Part shown: one piece after another, positions 29,428 through 38,247 of the stretch
How the letters are laid out: each line of letters opens with the position of its first letter
How positions within the stretch are numbered: position 1 is the stretch's first letter
Origin: Desulfovibrio sp.
GTDB taxonomy: Bacteria; Desulfobacterota; Desulfovibrionia; Desulfovibrionales; Desulfovibrionaceae
Direction: 5' to 3'
DNA: 64,000 bases
Assembly (NCBI GenBank): GCA_031276485.1
Contig: JAISMY010000105.1
Coordinates: 11,378-75,377 of the forward strand
Notes under the pieces: generated by a model
Told to the model about the DNA's origin: nothing
The model's input: the letters and a program-made list of their open reading frames with translations, nothing else
The model's database searches: none
Translations under genes and position numbers: made by a program

Positions 29428-29751
29428 TCATGCTCCGTCCTTGCCCGGAAACAGGGGTAACTGAAACTGCCGTTTTTTCTCAACGGCTTTGCCGGCTCCC
29501 CGCTCCCGGCGCGCCACAATGTCCCGCGTTTCCTCATCTGCCGCATCGGCGTCGGCAAACAACTCCCCGCCGCCGCGCGCGCTCCAGAAAACAGCCAGTT
29601 CCCTTTTGGAAATACGGAAATCACGCACCCCGAGCTTTGCGGCTTTCAATTCTCCGTCCCGTATGGCGCGACGTATGGTTTCCCGGTGACAGCTCAGAAG
29701 ATCGGCAGCCTCGGTCAACGTAAATGTAGTCTTCATCGGAGGCGTGCTCAT
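29428..29751 (-). CDS. excisionase-family (HTH_17) DNA-binding protein
   Basis: FTLTEAADLLSCHRETIRRAIRDGELKAAKLG..FRI. Confidence 0.85.
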   Translation of the reverse strand: MSTPPMKTTFTLTEAADLLSCHRETIRRAIRDGELKAAKLGVRDFRISKRELAVFWSARGGGELFADADAADEETRDIVARRERGAGKAVEKKRQFQLPLFPGKDGA

Positions 29752-30020
29752 GCGTGAAACACCATTATATTCCGATTTTTCTCCCTTTTCTCTGCCCATA
29801 CTCACAACAGGCGGTCCTTGTCAACAAAAATTGCTGCACTATCTTGAAAAAACGTCGATATTTTTTTTAATGTGATTTACGTCGCGGACGCCTGCCGACT
29901 GCCGCGCAAGACCTTCTTCCGCGGCAAAACATTGCCGATGCTTTGCGATACGCTGTGCAGGCCGCGCCGGCCGGGCAAAAGCGCTTTACATAAGCGCCCG
30001 CGGCGCTTACATTACAGGCG

Positions 30021-31454
30021 ATGAGGAAAAATTTTTTCTGCTGCCCGGCGTGCCTGTTTCTGCCGCTTGTCCTTGCCGCCTTGCCGTGTGCGGCGGCGCT
30101 TCTGTATTTGGGCCCCGGCGCAACCGCCGGGGATTCGGCAGGGATCCTGAGCGCGGCGATACTGTTGCTTACCGTTGTCCCGGCCGTTCTTGCGGCGGGT
30201 TTTGCGGCGGCCCGCCTGATACGCCCTGCGTTGCGCCGCGCCCTTGAAGCGGCGGAAGCTTACGCCTGCGGCGATTTCACGGCCGAGGCGCGGGCCGACG
30301 GTCTTGTGCGCGAAGGCGCGGAACTGATTGCGGCGATCAATGCCGTGGGGGAAAGCGCGCGGAAGCAGGCGGCGGAACAGGCGGGCGCGCGACGGGAGGA
30401 TGACGCGGCGGACAAGGCTTTGAACGGGCTGCTGGCCGGCCTGAGTCACGATGTCCGGCATCCGCTGAACAGGGTTGTAGGCGCGGCGTACCTGGCCCTG
30501 CGCTGCCGGCTTGACGACGGCCGGCGCGGCTGTTTTGAAAATATTTACGCGGCGGGCATCCGGCTGCAGAAAATCACCGGGGCGGTCATGGAATTGTCCA
30601 GGCTCAACGCCGGCAAGCTCTGCGCGCCCAGAAAGCCTGTTTCCGAAGCCGAAATTATTGCGGAAATCAGGCGGCACCTGAGTCTGGCGAACGCCTTCCC
30701 CGGCGCGCGCGAAGGCGCTTCCGGGAGTTGCCCGGAACAGCACGGGGCCGGCGGGGGCGATTCTCCGACAGACGCCGGGTGGCGTTCAAATTCGTTTGAA
30801 TGCAAGGCACCGACATTTTCGAAAAACAGGCAAAACCTGATTTTTCAAAAACTTGCGAGCGGCAACTTGGCCTCTGCCGCGCCGCTTCGCTTTTTGACGA
30901 AAGCAAAGCGGTATGAAATTGAAGACTCTCCGCCGCGGCGCGCGTTGCTTGCCGGTTGGGTCGGCGGGCATGCTCCCGCCGTATCCCCGGGTATGCCGAA
31001 AAGCGTGTCCGGCCCGCATCCTGAACAAACCGCGCAGGAAAGTGCGGGGGATTGCGGACTGCCGGAGCTGTTTCCGGAAACGGCGGCCCTTCTGGAAGAC
31101 GCCGGGTTTTCCGCGGCCTGCGTCGAGGACGCCGGAGCGGCGGGGATCGTTACGGCGCAGGCCTGCGCCGTGGGCGAGCCTTTCGACCTGCTGCTTCTGG
31201 ACCGGCATATGCCGGATGCCGCAGACATGGAGACGCTCAGGGACATCTGCAACAATCCGTCCATACGCCCAAGGCCGCTCATCCTCATGCTTGCGGCTTA
31301 CGGCTGCGAAAACATCCGAAGACAGGCCGAGGAGGCGGGAGCGGACGCATTCCTGCGCAAGCCGATACGGGCGTCCGCGCTGCGAGCGGCGGTGGAGACT
31401 CTGGCGGCAGCGCGGACGCCCGGAGAACAAAGCGGCAGGCAACCGCATGTGTAG
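30021..31454 (+). CDS. degenerate hybrid sensor (TM, HAMP, HisKA, receiver; no ATPase domain) with in-frame repeat
   Basis: LSHDVRHPLN H-box; receiver LLLLDRHMP...FLRKP; no N/G1/F/G2 boxes. Confidence 0.7.
   Translation: MRKNFFCCPACLFLPLVLAALPCAAALLYLGPGATAGDSAGILSAAILLLTVVPAVLAAGFAAARLIRPALRRALEAAEAYACGDFTAEARADGLVREGAELIAAINAVGESARKQAAEQAGARREDDAADKALNGLLAGLSHDVRHPLNRVVGAAYLALRCRLDDGRRGCFENIYAAGIRLQKITGAVMELSRLNAGKLCAPRKPVSEAEIIAEIRRHLSLANAFPGAREGASGSCPEQHGAGGGDSPTDAGWRSNSFECKAPTFSKNRQNLIFQKLASGNLASAAPLRFLTKAKRYEIEDSPPRRALLAGWVGGHAPAVSPGMPKSVSGPHPEQTAQESAGDCGLPELFPETAALLEDAGFSAACVEDAGAAGIVTAQACAVGEPFDLLLLDRHMPDAADMETLRDICNNPSIRPRPLILMLAAYGCENIRRQAEEAGADAFLRKPIRASALRAAVETLAAARTPGEQSGRQPHV
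30772..30914 (-). mobile_element. MITE-like repeat family E copy inside a CDS
   Basis: Reverse-complement homologue of 4127-4269, same length. Confidence 0.8.
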
Positions 31455-31532
31455 GCGCGCGCCCGAGGCGTATGTTTCAGAGCGCGGGGTGGATGCGTAC
31501 GCCTGCGTTTCGCCGGCAACGGCGGCAACGAC

Positions 31533-32567
31533 ATGAAGCTCCCCATGCGCCCTTTGTTCTGTTGTCTGGCGTTTATCGTCATGCTGCCTTCCGCGGGCCT
31601 GACCGCATACGGCATTTACTGCGACCGGCAGACGGCAGTCGCTGCGGCGCGGGAAGGCTTTGGGGAAATCCTGCGCCGGGCGGCGGTCCGCTGCGCCGAT
31701 CCTTTGCGCGAAGGCGCAAACGGAGCGGCGTCCGCATGTCTGGCGGCTGCGTTCTATATCGACGGAGAGGAGCAGGAGCTTCCGCTGCGCGTAAACGGGG
31801 CCGCGCTTGCGTTGCGCGACGCCTCCGGACGCGTGACCGCCTTGTCTTATCCGGACAGGGGGATGACGGGGAACGCCGGCGTCTTCGCCGGGGGCGGCGG
31901 CCGCATCGTGTTTGAGCATAAGATACCCGGCGGCGCGGCGCAGGATACGTTTGCCGCGTTGCTGCTGGACGTGCCGGCCTTCGCCGTATACGGCGAAGGC
32001 GAAGACATCGTGCGCCGGCGCATGCCGATACTTGCGGCGGCCGTATTCGGCGGCCTTTTTGTCGCCTATGTTGTCGGCGGCGCCCGCGCCGTCGCGCCGC
32101 TGTCGGAAGCGGCCGCGGCCGCCCGCGCCCTGGCCGGCGGCCTTGCGTCGCCTGCGGACAGGCGGCCGGACTTTCTTCCGGAACGATACGGCGAAACCGG
32201 CGCGGGGAACTGCCCCGCAACGGCGTTCGACGAAGTGACGGCGTTGCGGGCCGCCCTGGACAAGACCGCAACGCGGTTGGTCGCCGTGAGGACCGCGGCG
32301 GCGGAAGCCGGGTCGGCCGGGGAAAATGCGGCCAAAATTTGGCATGATGTGCTTTTCAGCCTCGGGCGCGACATGCGCGGGCCTGTGAACACCGTTGAGG
32401 ATATGGCTTATGTGGCCGGAAAAGCGGCCCTCGCGCCTCCGTTGCCGGACCTGCTCGACGAAATTGTCTCTGCGGGCAGGGAACTCGGCATGTTGAGCGG
32501 CGAATTGACTACGTTGAACGAAAAAGTGTCCACGCCTCTGCCGGGCGTCACGCGGGAATCTCCCTGA
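31533..32567 (+). CDS. degenerate membrane sensor-like protein (possible pseudogene)
   Basis: Two TM segments, HAMP-like region, eroded H-box SLGRDMRGPVN. Confidence 0.55.
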   Translation: MKLPMRPLFCCLAFIVMLPSAGLTAYGIYCDRQTAVAAAREGFGEILRRAAVRCADPLREGANGAASACLAAAFYIDGEEQELPLRVNGAALALRDASGRVTALSYPDRGMTGNAGVFAGGGGRIVFEHKIPGGAAQDTFAALLLDVPAFAVYGEGEDIVRRRMPILAAAVFGGLFVAYVVGGARAVAPLSEAAAAARALAGGLASPADRRPDFLPERYGETGAGNCPATAFDEVTALRAALDKTATRLVAVRTAAAEAGSAGENAAKIWHDVLFSLGRDMRGPVNTVEDMAYVAGKAALAPPLPDLLDEIVSAGRELGMLSGELTTLNEKVSTPLPGVTRESP

Positions 32568-32571
32568 ATCA

Positions 32572-32652
32572 AGGGAAACGCCGCTTTATTCTTTTGAAAG
32601 GCATGGGGATGGATTCTTCGCTGCGCCCAGAATGACAAAAGCGTGGTCATTC
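32572..32652 (+). mobile_element. MITE-like repeat family A, left half
   Basis: AGGGAAACGCCGCTTTATTCTTTTGAAAGGCATGGGGATGGATTCTTCG... matches 34506 onward. Confidence 0.85.
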
Positions 32653-32703
32653 AGGCCCTGCGTCCCGCGCCGGGGCGGGTTCCAAACCATAAAGGAAGCT
32701 TTG

Positions 32704-33567
32704 ATGAGCCGGAACTACAGCGCGCCTGCAACCCCGCGGAAGCGCGTCCGCGCCGACATTACCCGCACCGTTGCCGTGATCGGCGGCAACGGCCGTATGG
32801 GCGTCGAGCTGGCCCGGCGCCTCGGCGCTGCGGGACACGCCGTATCCGGAGTCGACAGGACGCAGCGCGGCGCCGGCCCGCCTGCCCTCGACCCGCACGA
32901 ACTCGCTTCAGCCCTGGGCGCAAGCGACTTTGTCCTGCTCGCCGTGCCGATAACAGCCCTGCCGGGAGTACTGGAACTTGCCGCTCCTTACCTGAAGCCG
33001 AGGCAGGTGCTGTTCGACATCGCCTCCGTCAAGGAACCGGCCCTGCGCTGCATGGAGGCATACCATGCCGGCCCCGTCGTCGGCGCGCATCCTCTTTTCG
33101 GCCCGCACGCGCGTCCCGCCGACCTGCGCGTCGCCCTGGTGCCGGGACGCCGCGCGGACGAAGACGCATGCGGCGCCGTGGAAAGACTGTTCGCCGACAT
33201 CGGCTGTACCTGCTTCCGCGTGACCGCCGAGGAACATGACCGCAACGTCGGCCTGATCCAGTCGCTCAATTTCGCATGCAGCGCAGCCTACCTGGCCCAG
33301 GCGGCGCGTTCCGCCGACAGCCGTTTTTTCACGCCTTCCTTCAGACGGCGCATGGAATCCGCCCGCTTTCCGCTGACCGAAGATGCCGCCATGTTCGGCG
33401 AATTCAGCGCAGCGAACCCGTATTTCACGGAAATACTGACCGCATACGCCGACGCCCTGCGCGGCATCACGGCAAGCGAAAACGGCCGGGAAACGCCGTC
33501 CGACCTCATCCGGAAACGACTCGCCGATCTCGCCCGGCAAGCCGCCGGGATTTACGGCGACAGATGA
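32704..33567 (+). CDS. tyrA: prephenate dehydrogenase
   Basis: VIGGNGRMG, DIASVK, HPLFGP, EEHD. Confidence 0.88.
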   Translation: MSRNYSAPATPRKRVRADITRTVAVIGGNGRMGVELARRLGAAGHAVSGVDRTQRGAGPPALDPHELASALGASDFVLLAVPITALPGVLELAAPYLKPRQVLFDIASVKEPALRCMEAYHAGPVVGAHPLFGPHARPADLRVALVPGRRADEDACGAVERLFADIGCTCFRVTAEEHDRNVGLIQSLNFACSAAYLAQAARSADSRFFTPSFRRRMESARFPLTEDAAMFGEFSAANPYFTEILTAYADALRGITASENGRETPSDLIRKRLADLARQAAGIYGDR

Positions 33568-34313
33568 ACACCGCTCCTTTGTTGCCCTTCCCTTCCGGAT
33601 GCCGGCGGGCGACCCTGGTTCGCCGTGAAAAACGGTTCCTTGTGGAATGCGAAACCCCGGAAGGGCGTTTTTGGGCGCATACCAACAATTCCGGCGCCAT
33701 GCTCGGCCTCACCCGCCCCGGCGCGCCCGTTTTCCTGTCGCCCGCATCAGGTGCAAACAGGAAATCGGCCTGGACGCTGGAAATGGTAGGGTTGCATCCG
33801 CACAAAGCAGGGGAGCCTGTTCTCTGGGTCGGCGTGAACACTCTGACTCCCAACCGCCTGTTGCGCGCGGCTTTTCAGGCGGGACTGCTTCCCTGGACCC
33901 GGGGCTACACGCAGTGCCGGCCGGAGGCGCGGCGCGGCGCAAGCCGCTTTGATGCCCTGTTCACCGGACCGGGTTTGCCGCCTCTCTGGGTGGAATGCAA
34001 AAACGTGACCATGGTGGAAGACGATGCGGCCGCCTTTCCCGACGCCGTCAGCGAACGGGGACACAAACACTTGCGGGAGATGGCGGCGGCCGCCGCCGCG
34101 GGAGAGCGGGCCGTCTTTTTTTACTGCGTCCAGCGCCCGGACGGGCGCTGTTTCACTCCGGCCGATTATGTGGACCCGGTCTACGCGGAGCTGTTTTATG
34201 AAGCCGAGGCTGCCGGCGTGGTGTGCCGGCCGCAGCGGGCAACGCTTTCGGAAAAAGGGATTGCTCTCGGCGATATCCTGCCGGCCGCGCCCCGACTGAT
34301 CCCGGGTAAATGA
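33564..34313 (+). CDS. sfsA: DNA/RNA nuclease SfsA
   Basis: REKRF, HTNNSGAM, SRFD, VECKNVT, FPDAVSERGHKHL. Confidence 0.93.
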   Translation: MNTAPLLPFPSGCRRATLVRREKRFLVECETPEGRFWAHTNNSGAMLGLTRPGAPVFLSPASGANRKSAWTLEMVGLHPHKAGEPVLWVGVNTLTPNRLLRAAFQAGLLPWTRGYTQCRPEARRGASRFDALFTGPGLPPLWVECKNVTMVEDDAAAFPDAVSERGHKHLREMAAAAAAGERAVFFYCVQRPDGRCFTPADYVDPVYAELFYEAEAAGVVCRPQRATLSEKGIALGDILPAAPRLIPGK

Positions 34314-34318
34314 ATAAG

Positions 34319-34505
34319 AGAGTGTTCACCTAAAGATATACATCATATGCGATTTCCTCAGCCTGAAGAGAGAGTGCATATCAATGGACAGCTTCTCGAC
34401 ATGAAAACGTCATGAAATCAATCTGTTGTCGTAAAGTCCCGCAAATTATGCCCCTACATAAAAAATTTTTTAATTTTGGCGTGTTATCATAGACGCATCT
34501 ATCTA
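34319..34505 (+). mobile_element. truncated family G (34319-34367) followed by truncated family D (34371-34505)
   Basis: Direct homology to 22157 onward and to 49001-49150 respectively. Confidence 0.7.
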
Positions 34506-34688
34506 AGGGAAACGCTGATTTATTCTTTTGAAAGGCATGGGGATGGATTCTTCGCTGCGCTCAGAATGACAAAAGCGTGACCATTCCGAGCCTCGGCCTG
34601 AGCAGGGCGAAAGGCCGAACATTCATCGTCTGGCGAAGAATCCATCTTGATGTCTTTGGCCTGTTCCGCATTTAAGCGGCGTTTCCCT
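34506..34688 (+). mobile_element. MITE-like repeat family A, complete copy (183 bp)
   Basis: TIR AGGGAAACGCTGATTTAT...TTTAAGCGGCGTTTCCCT; internal GATGGATTCTTCG...CGAAGAATCCATC palindrome; overlaps thiolase TAG. Confidence 0.88.
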
Positions 34689-35868
34689 AGGCGTCCCGTT
34701 CGACGAGTACGGCGATGCCTTGGCCGCCGCCGATGCACAGTGTCGCCAGTCCGCGTTTGGCGTTTTTCTTTTCCAGAGAGTGCAGCAGGGTAACAAGAAT
34801 TCGCGCCCCGCTCGCGCCTATGGGGTGCCCGAGGGCTATGGCGCCGCCGTTGATGTTGACTTTGGCAGGATCCAGTTCCAGTTCGCGCGCTACGGCTACG
34901 CTTTGGGCGGCAAAGGCTTCGTTGGCTTCGATCAGATCCAGGTCTTTCACGCTCCAGCCCGCTTTTTTCAGGGCGTTTTTGGAGGCGTTGACGGGCCCGA
35001 TGCCCATGATGGCCGGATCCACTCCGGCAACGCCGACCGCGACGATGCGGGCCAGGGGTTTGAGATTTTTGGATGCAGCGAGGGCGGCGTCCATGACCGC
35101 GAAGGCGGCTGCGCCGTCATTGATGCCCGAGGCGTTGCCTGCGGTGACCGTGCCGTCTTTCTTGAAAGCGGGTTTCAGTTTGGCCAGACCTTCGGCGCTC
35201 GCGTCACGGCGCGGAAACTCATCGGTATCCACAACCTTGTCGCCTTTTTTGCCTTTTATGACCACAGGCAGGATTTCTTTCTTGAAATTGCCTTCGTCAA
35301 TGGCTTTGACGGCTTTCTGCTGTGAGGCCAGGGAAAAGGCGTCCTGGTCCGCACGCGTGACTTTGAATTTTTCCGCCACGTTTTCGGCAGTGATACCCAT
35401 GTGGTACAGGTTAAAGGCGTCGGTCAGGCCGTCGAGCACCATGGTGTCCACCAGTTCGGCATTGCCCATGCGGGCGCCCCAGCGGGCTTTGGGCACGGCG
35501 TAGGGGGCGAGGGACATGCTTTCCGCCCCGCCGGCGACAATGCAGCGCGCCTCTTCGGCCTTGATCGCCTGCGCGGCCATGGCAACGGCCTTCAGGCCGG
35601 AACCGCAGACCTTGTTGATGGTCCAGGACGGCACCTCAAAAGGCAGCCCGGCCTTGACGGCCATCTGTCTGGCCGGGTTCTGGCTCTGCGCCGCCTGCAG
35701 CACGTTGCCCATGATGACTTCTTCTACCAGATCGGCGTTGACGCCGGCGCGTTTTATCACTTCAGCGATGACCAGGGCGCCGAGTTCGCCGGCCGTCAGG
35801 GTTGAGAGTCCGCCGCCGAAGGTGCCGATGGGAGTACGCACCGCGCCGACTATGACAACATCTTTCAT
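34687..35868 (-). CDS. acetyl-CoA C-acetyltransferase (thiolase)
   Basis: [28 protein letters not shown]. Confidence 0.96.
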   Translation of the reverse strand: MKDVVIVGAVRTPIGTFGGGLSTLTAGELGALVIAEVIKRAGVNADLVEEVIMGNVLQAAQSQNPARQMAVKAGLPFEVPSWTINKVCGSGLKAVAMAAQAIKAEEARCIVAGGAESMSLAPYAVPKARWGARMGNAELVDTMVLDGLTDAFNLYHMGITAENVAEKFKVTRADQDAFSLASQQKAVKAIDEGNFKKEILPVVIKGKKGDKVVDTDEFPRRDASAEGLAKLKPAFKKDGTVTAGNASGINDGAAAFAVMDAALAASKNLKPLARIVAVGVAGVDPAIMGIGPVNASKNALKKAGWSVKDLDLIEANEAFAAQSVAVARELELDPAKVNINGGAIALGHPIGASGARILVTLLHSLEKKNAKRGLATLCIGGGQGIAVLVERDA

Positions 35869-35910
35869 ATTGACCTCTTTTTTTGTTGTTGGAAGCCTGT
35901 TTCGTCTGCC

Positions 35911-36753
35911 TCAATACTTGAAGAATCCTTCGCCCGTCTTGCGGCCGAGTTTACCGGCGCGCACCATCTTGCGGATGAGCGGGGCGGTGCGGTACTTGGG
36001 ATCGCCGGTTTCCCTGTACAGAACATCCATAATCGCCTGACACACATCCAGGCCGATCAGGTCGCCGAGGGCCAGGGGACCCATGGGATGGTTGGCGCCG
36101 AGTTTCATTGCCGTGTCGATGTCTTCCGCGCTGGCCGTGCCTTCGGAAAGGACAAAGGCCCCTTCGTTGATGAGCGGAATCAGGATGCGGTTGACCACGA
36201 AGCCGGGCGCTTCGTGAACCGTGACCGGCGTTTTGCCGAATGAACGGGCCAGCTCCATGGTGGCGTTGTAGGTGGCGTCGGTTGTCGCAATACCGCGAAT
36301 GACTTCAATCAGGGCCATGACCGGGGCCGGGTTGAAGAAGTGCATGCCGATGACCTTGTCCGGGCGCTTTGTTGCCGCGCCTATTTCCGTGATGCTCAGG
36401 CTGGAGGTGTTGGTGGCGAGTATCGCCTCCGGCTTGAGGGTGGAATCAAGTTCGCTGTAAATGGTTTTTTTGAGGGCCATGTCCTCGATCGCGGCTTCAA
36501 TCACAAAATCGGCATCTTTGGCCACGCTGATGTCGACTGTGCCGGTGATCCGGCCGAGGACGGCGTCTTTGTCGGCAGCCTGCATTTTACCTTTTTCCAC
36601 CAGCTTGCCCAGGTTTTTTCCTATGCCGCCCAGTCCTTTGGCGACAAACTCGTCTTTAATGTCGCGCAAAAATACTTTGCAGCCGCTTTGGGCGACGACT
36701 TGGGCAATGCCCGATCCCATAGCTCCGGCACCAAGGATAAGAACGGTTTTCAT
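35911..36753 (-). CDS. hbd: 3-hydroxybutyryl-CoA dehydrogenase
   Basis: [36 protein letters not shown]. Confidence 0.93.
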   Translation of the reverse strand: MKTVLILGAGAMGSGIAQVVAQSGCKVFLRDIKDEFVAKGLGGIGKNLGKLVEKGKMQAADKDAVLGRITGTVDISVAKDADFVIEAAIEDMALKKTIYSELDSTLKPEAILATNTSSLSITEIGAATKRPDKVIGMHFFNPAPVMALIEVIRGIATTDATYNATMELARSFGKTPVTVHEAPGFVVNRILIPLINEGAFVLSEGTASAEDIDTAMKLGANHPMGPLALGDLIGLDVCQAIMDVLYRETGDPKYRTAPLIRKMVRAGKLGRKTGEGFFKY

Positions 36754-37094
36754 GGCAACTCCATAGCGTTAGGTGGTTTGACAGGATAAAAGCTACTTCC
36801 TTCTTTAGAATTTACCATACTTCAAAAAAAATACAACCGATAATTGTGTCGCTTCACGAAGACTTCCGGATAACTCATCGAAAAAATTAGCGGTAAATTT
36901 TTTGCCCCGTCGAAACCGGCGCTGCGATTGCTTTTTTTCCGGCTTGCCGCTATAGAAAGGCATGTGTTTCCGGGCCGTGAGCCGAGCCCGCAGACCCGCA
37001 GAGCCTTGCCCGGCATCCGCCGGGGATTGCCGTGCCTGTCTTTGCGTGCAGGCGCCGACCGGCGTCATGGAACCGGCTGTTTTCGAGAGAGGCT

Positions 37095-38216
37095 ATGCGC
37101 TCCGGCCACGTCAAGTCTTCAGGCGGCGTCAAGGCGGCTTTCGCGAAGCCCGCTGTTTCCGATGCGGCAGGCGGGGGGCACCCCAAGCCTTCGCGGCGCT
37201 ATCTGCGCCCGGCCGCCATGATCGGCACGGCGCCGGCGCTGGATATTGTCTTTGAGCAGATCGCCCAGGTCGCCCCTTCGACGACGACCGTGCTCCTGCG
37301 CGGCGAGAGCGGCACCGGCAAGGAACTGGTGGCGGGCGCCATCCACGATGCCGGTCCCCGCGCGTCCGGCCCCTTCGTCTCCATCAACTGCGCGGCTATT
37401 CCGGAAAGCCTGATAGAGAGCGAACTCTTCGGCCACGAGCGGGGAGCCTTTACCGGCGCGGTGGCCGTGCGCAAAGGGCGTTTTGAACTGGCCCAGGGCG
37501 GCACTTTGTTTCTGGACGAAGTCGGCGACCTTTCCCTGCTGACCCAGGCCAAGCTTCTGCGCGTCATCCAGGAGCGCACTTTTGAGAGGCTCGGCGGATT
37601 GACGGTACACAAGGCCGATGCCCGCATCATCGCCGCCACTAATAAAGGGCTGGAAGAAATGGTGGAGCAGGGACTGTTTCGCCGCGACCTTTATTACCGT
37701 CTCAACGTCTTTCCCATCCATCTGCCTCCACTGCGCGAACGTCTGCACGATATACTGCCCCTGGCCGACCATTTCGTTAAACGTTTTGCCGCCAAGCACA
37801 ACAAGAACAATGTGCGCATGTCGCCCGCGCTGTCCCCTCTGTTGTACGCCCACACCTGGCCGGGCAACATCAGGGAACTGGAAAACGTCATGGAAAGGGC
37901 GGTATTGCTCGTCAACCCCGACGGCTGCGTCATGCCCGAACATCTGCCCCTGGACATCCAGCGCGCCGGCCGCGGTCCGGCCGGCCTTCCTCCGACTCCC
38001 GGCCCGGCAGGCGGCGTTGCGGCAGGCGATGAAGGCGGTCCGACCCTGCAGGGAAAACTGGACCGCCTGGAACTGTCCTGTATTGTTGAGGCGCTTGAAA
38101 ACGAACGCGGCCACATCCGGCGCGCGGCGGCATCCCTCGGCCTGACCGAGCGCGTCATGAGTCTGAGAATGGCCAAATACAATTTAACTTATAAGGATTA
38201 CAGGCAGAAACAATGA
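37095..38216 (+). CDS. sigma54-dependent activator (NifA-like AAA+ and HTH, no N-terminal sensor domain)
   Basis: [43 protein letters not shown]-terminal HTH. Confidence 0.9.
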   Translation: MRSGHVKSSGGVKAAFAKPAVSDAAGGGHPKPSRRYLRPAAMIGTAPALDIVFEQIAQVAPSTTTVLLRGESGTGKELVAGAIHDAGPRASGPFVSINCAAIPESLIESELFGHERGAFTGAVAVRKGRFELAQGGTLFLDEVGDLSLLTQAKLLRVIQERTFERLGGLTVHKADARIIAATNKGLEEMVEQGLFRRDLYYRLNVFPIHLPPLRERLHDILPLADHFVKRFAAKHNKNNVRMSPALSPLLYAHTWPGNIRELENVMERAVLLVNPDGCVMPEHLPLDIQRAGRGPAGLPPTPGPAGGVAAGDEGGPTLQGKLDRLELSCIVEALENERGHIRRAAASLGLTERVMSLRMAKYNLTYKDYRQKQ

Positions 38217-38247
38217 CACTGCCGCGCATCCGGGGAGTCGGCGCCGT

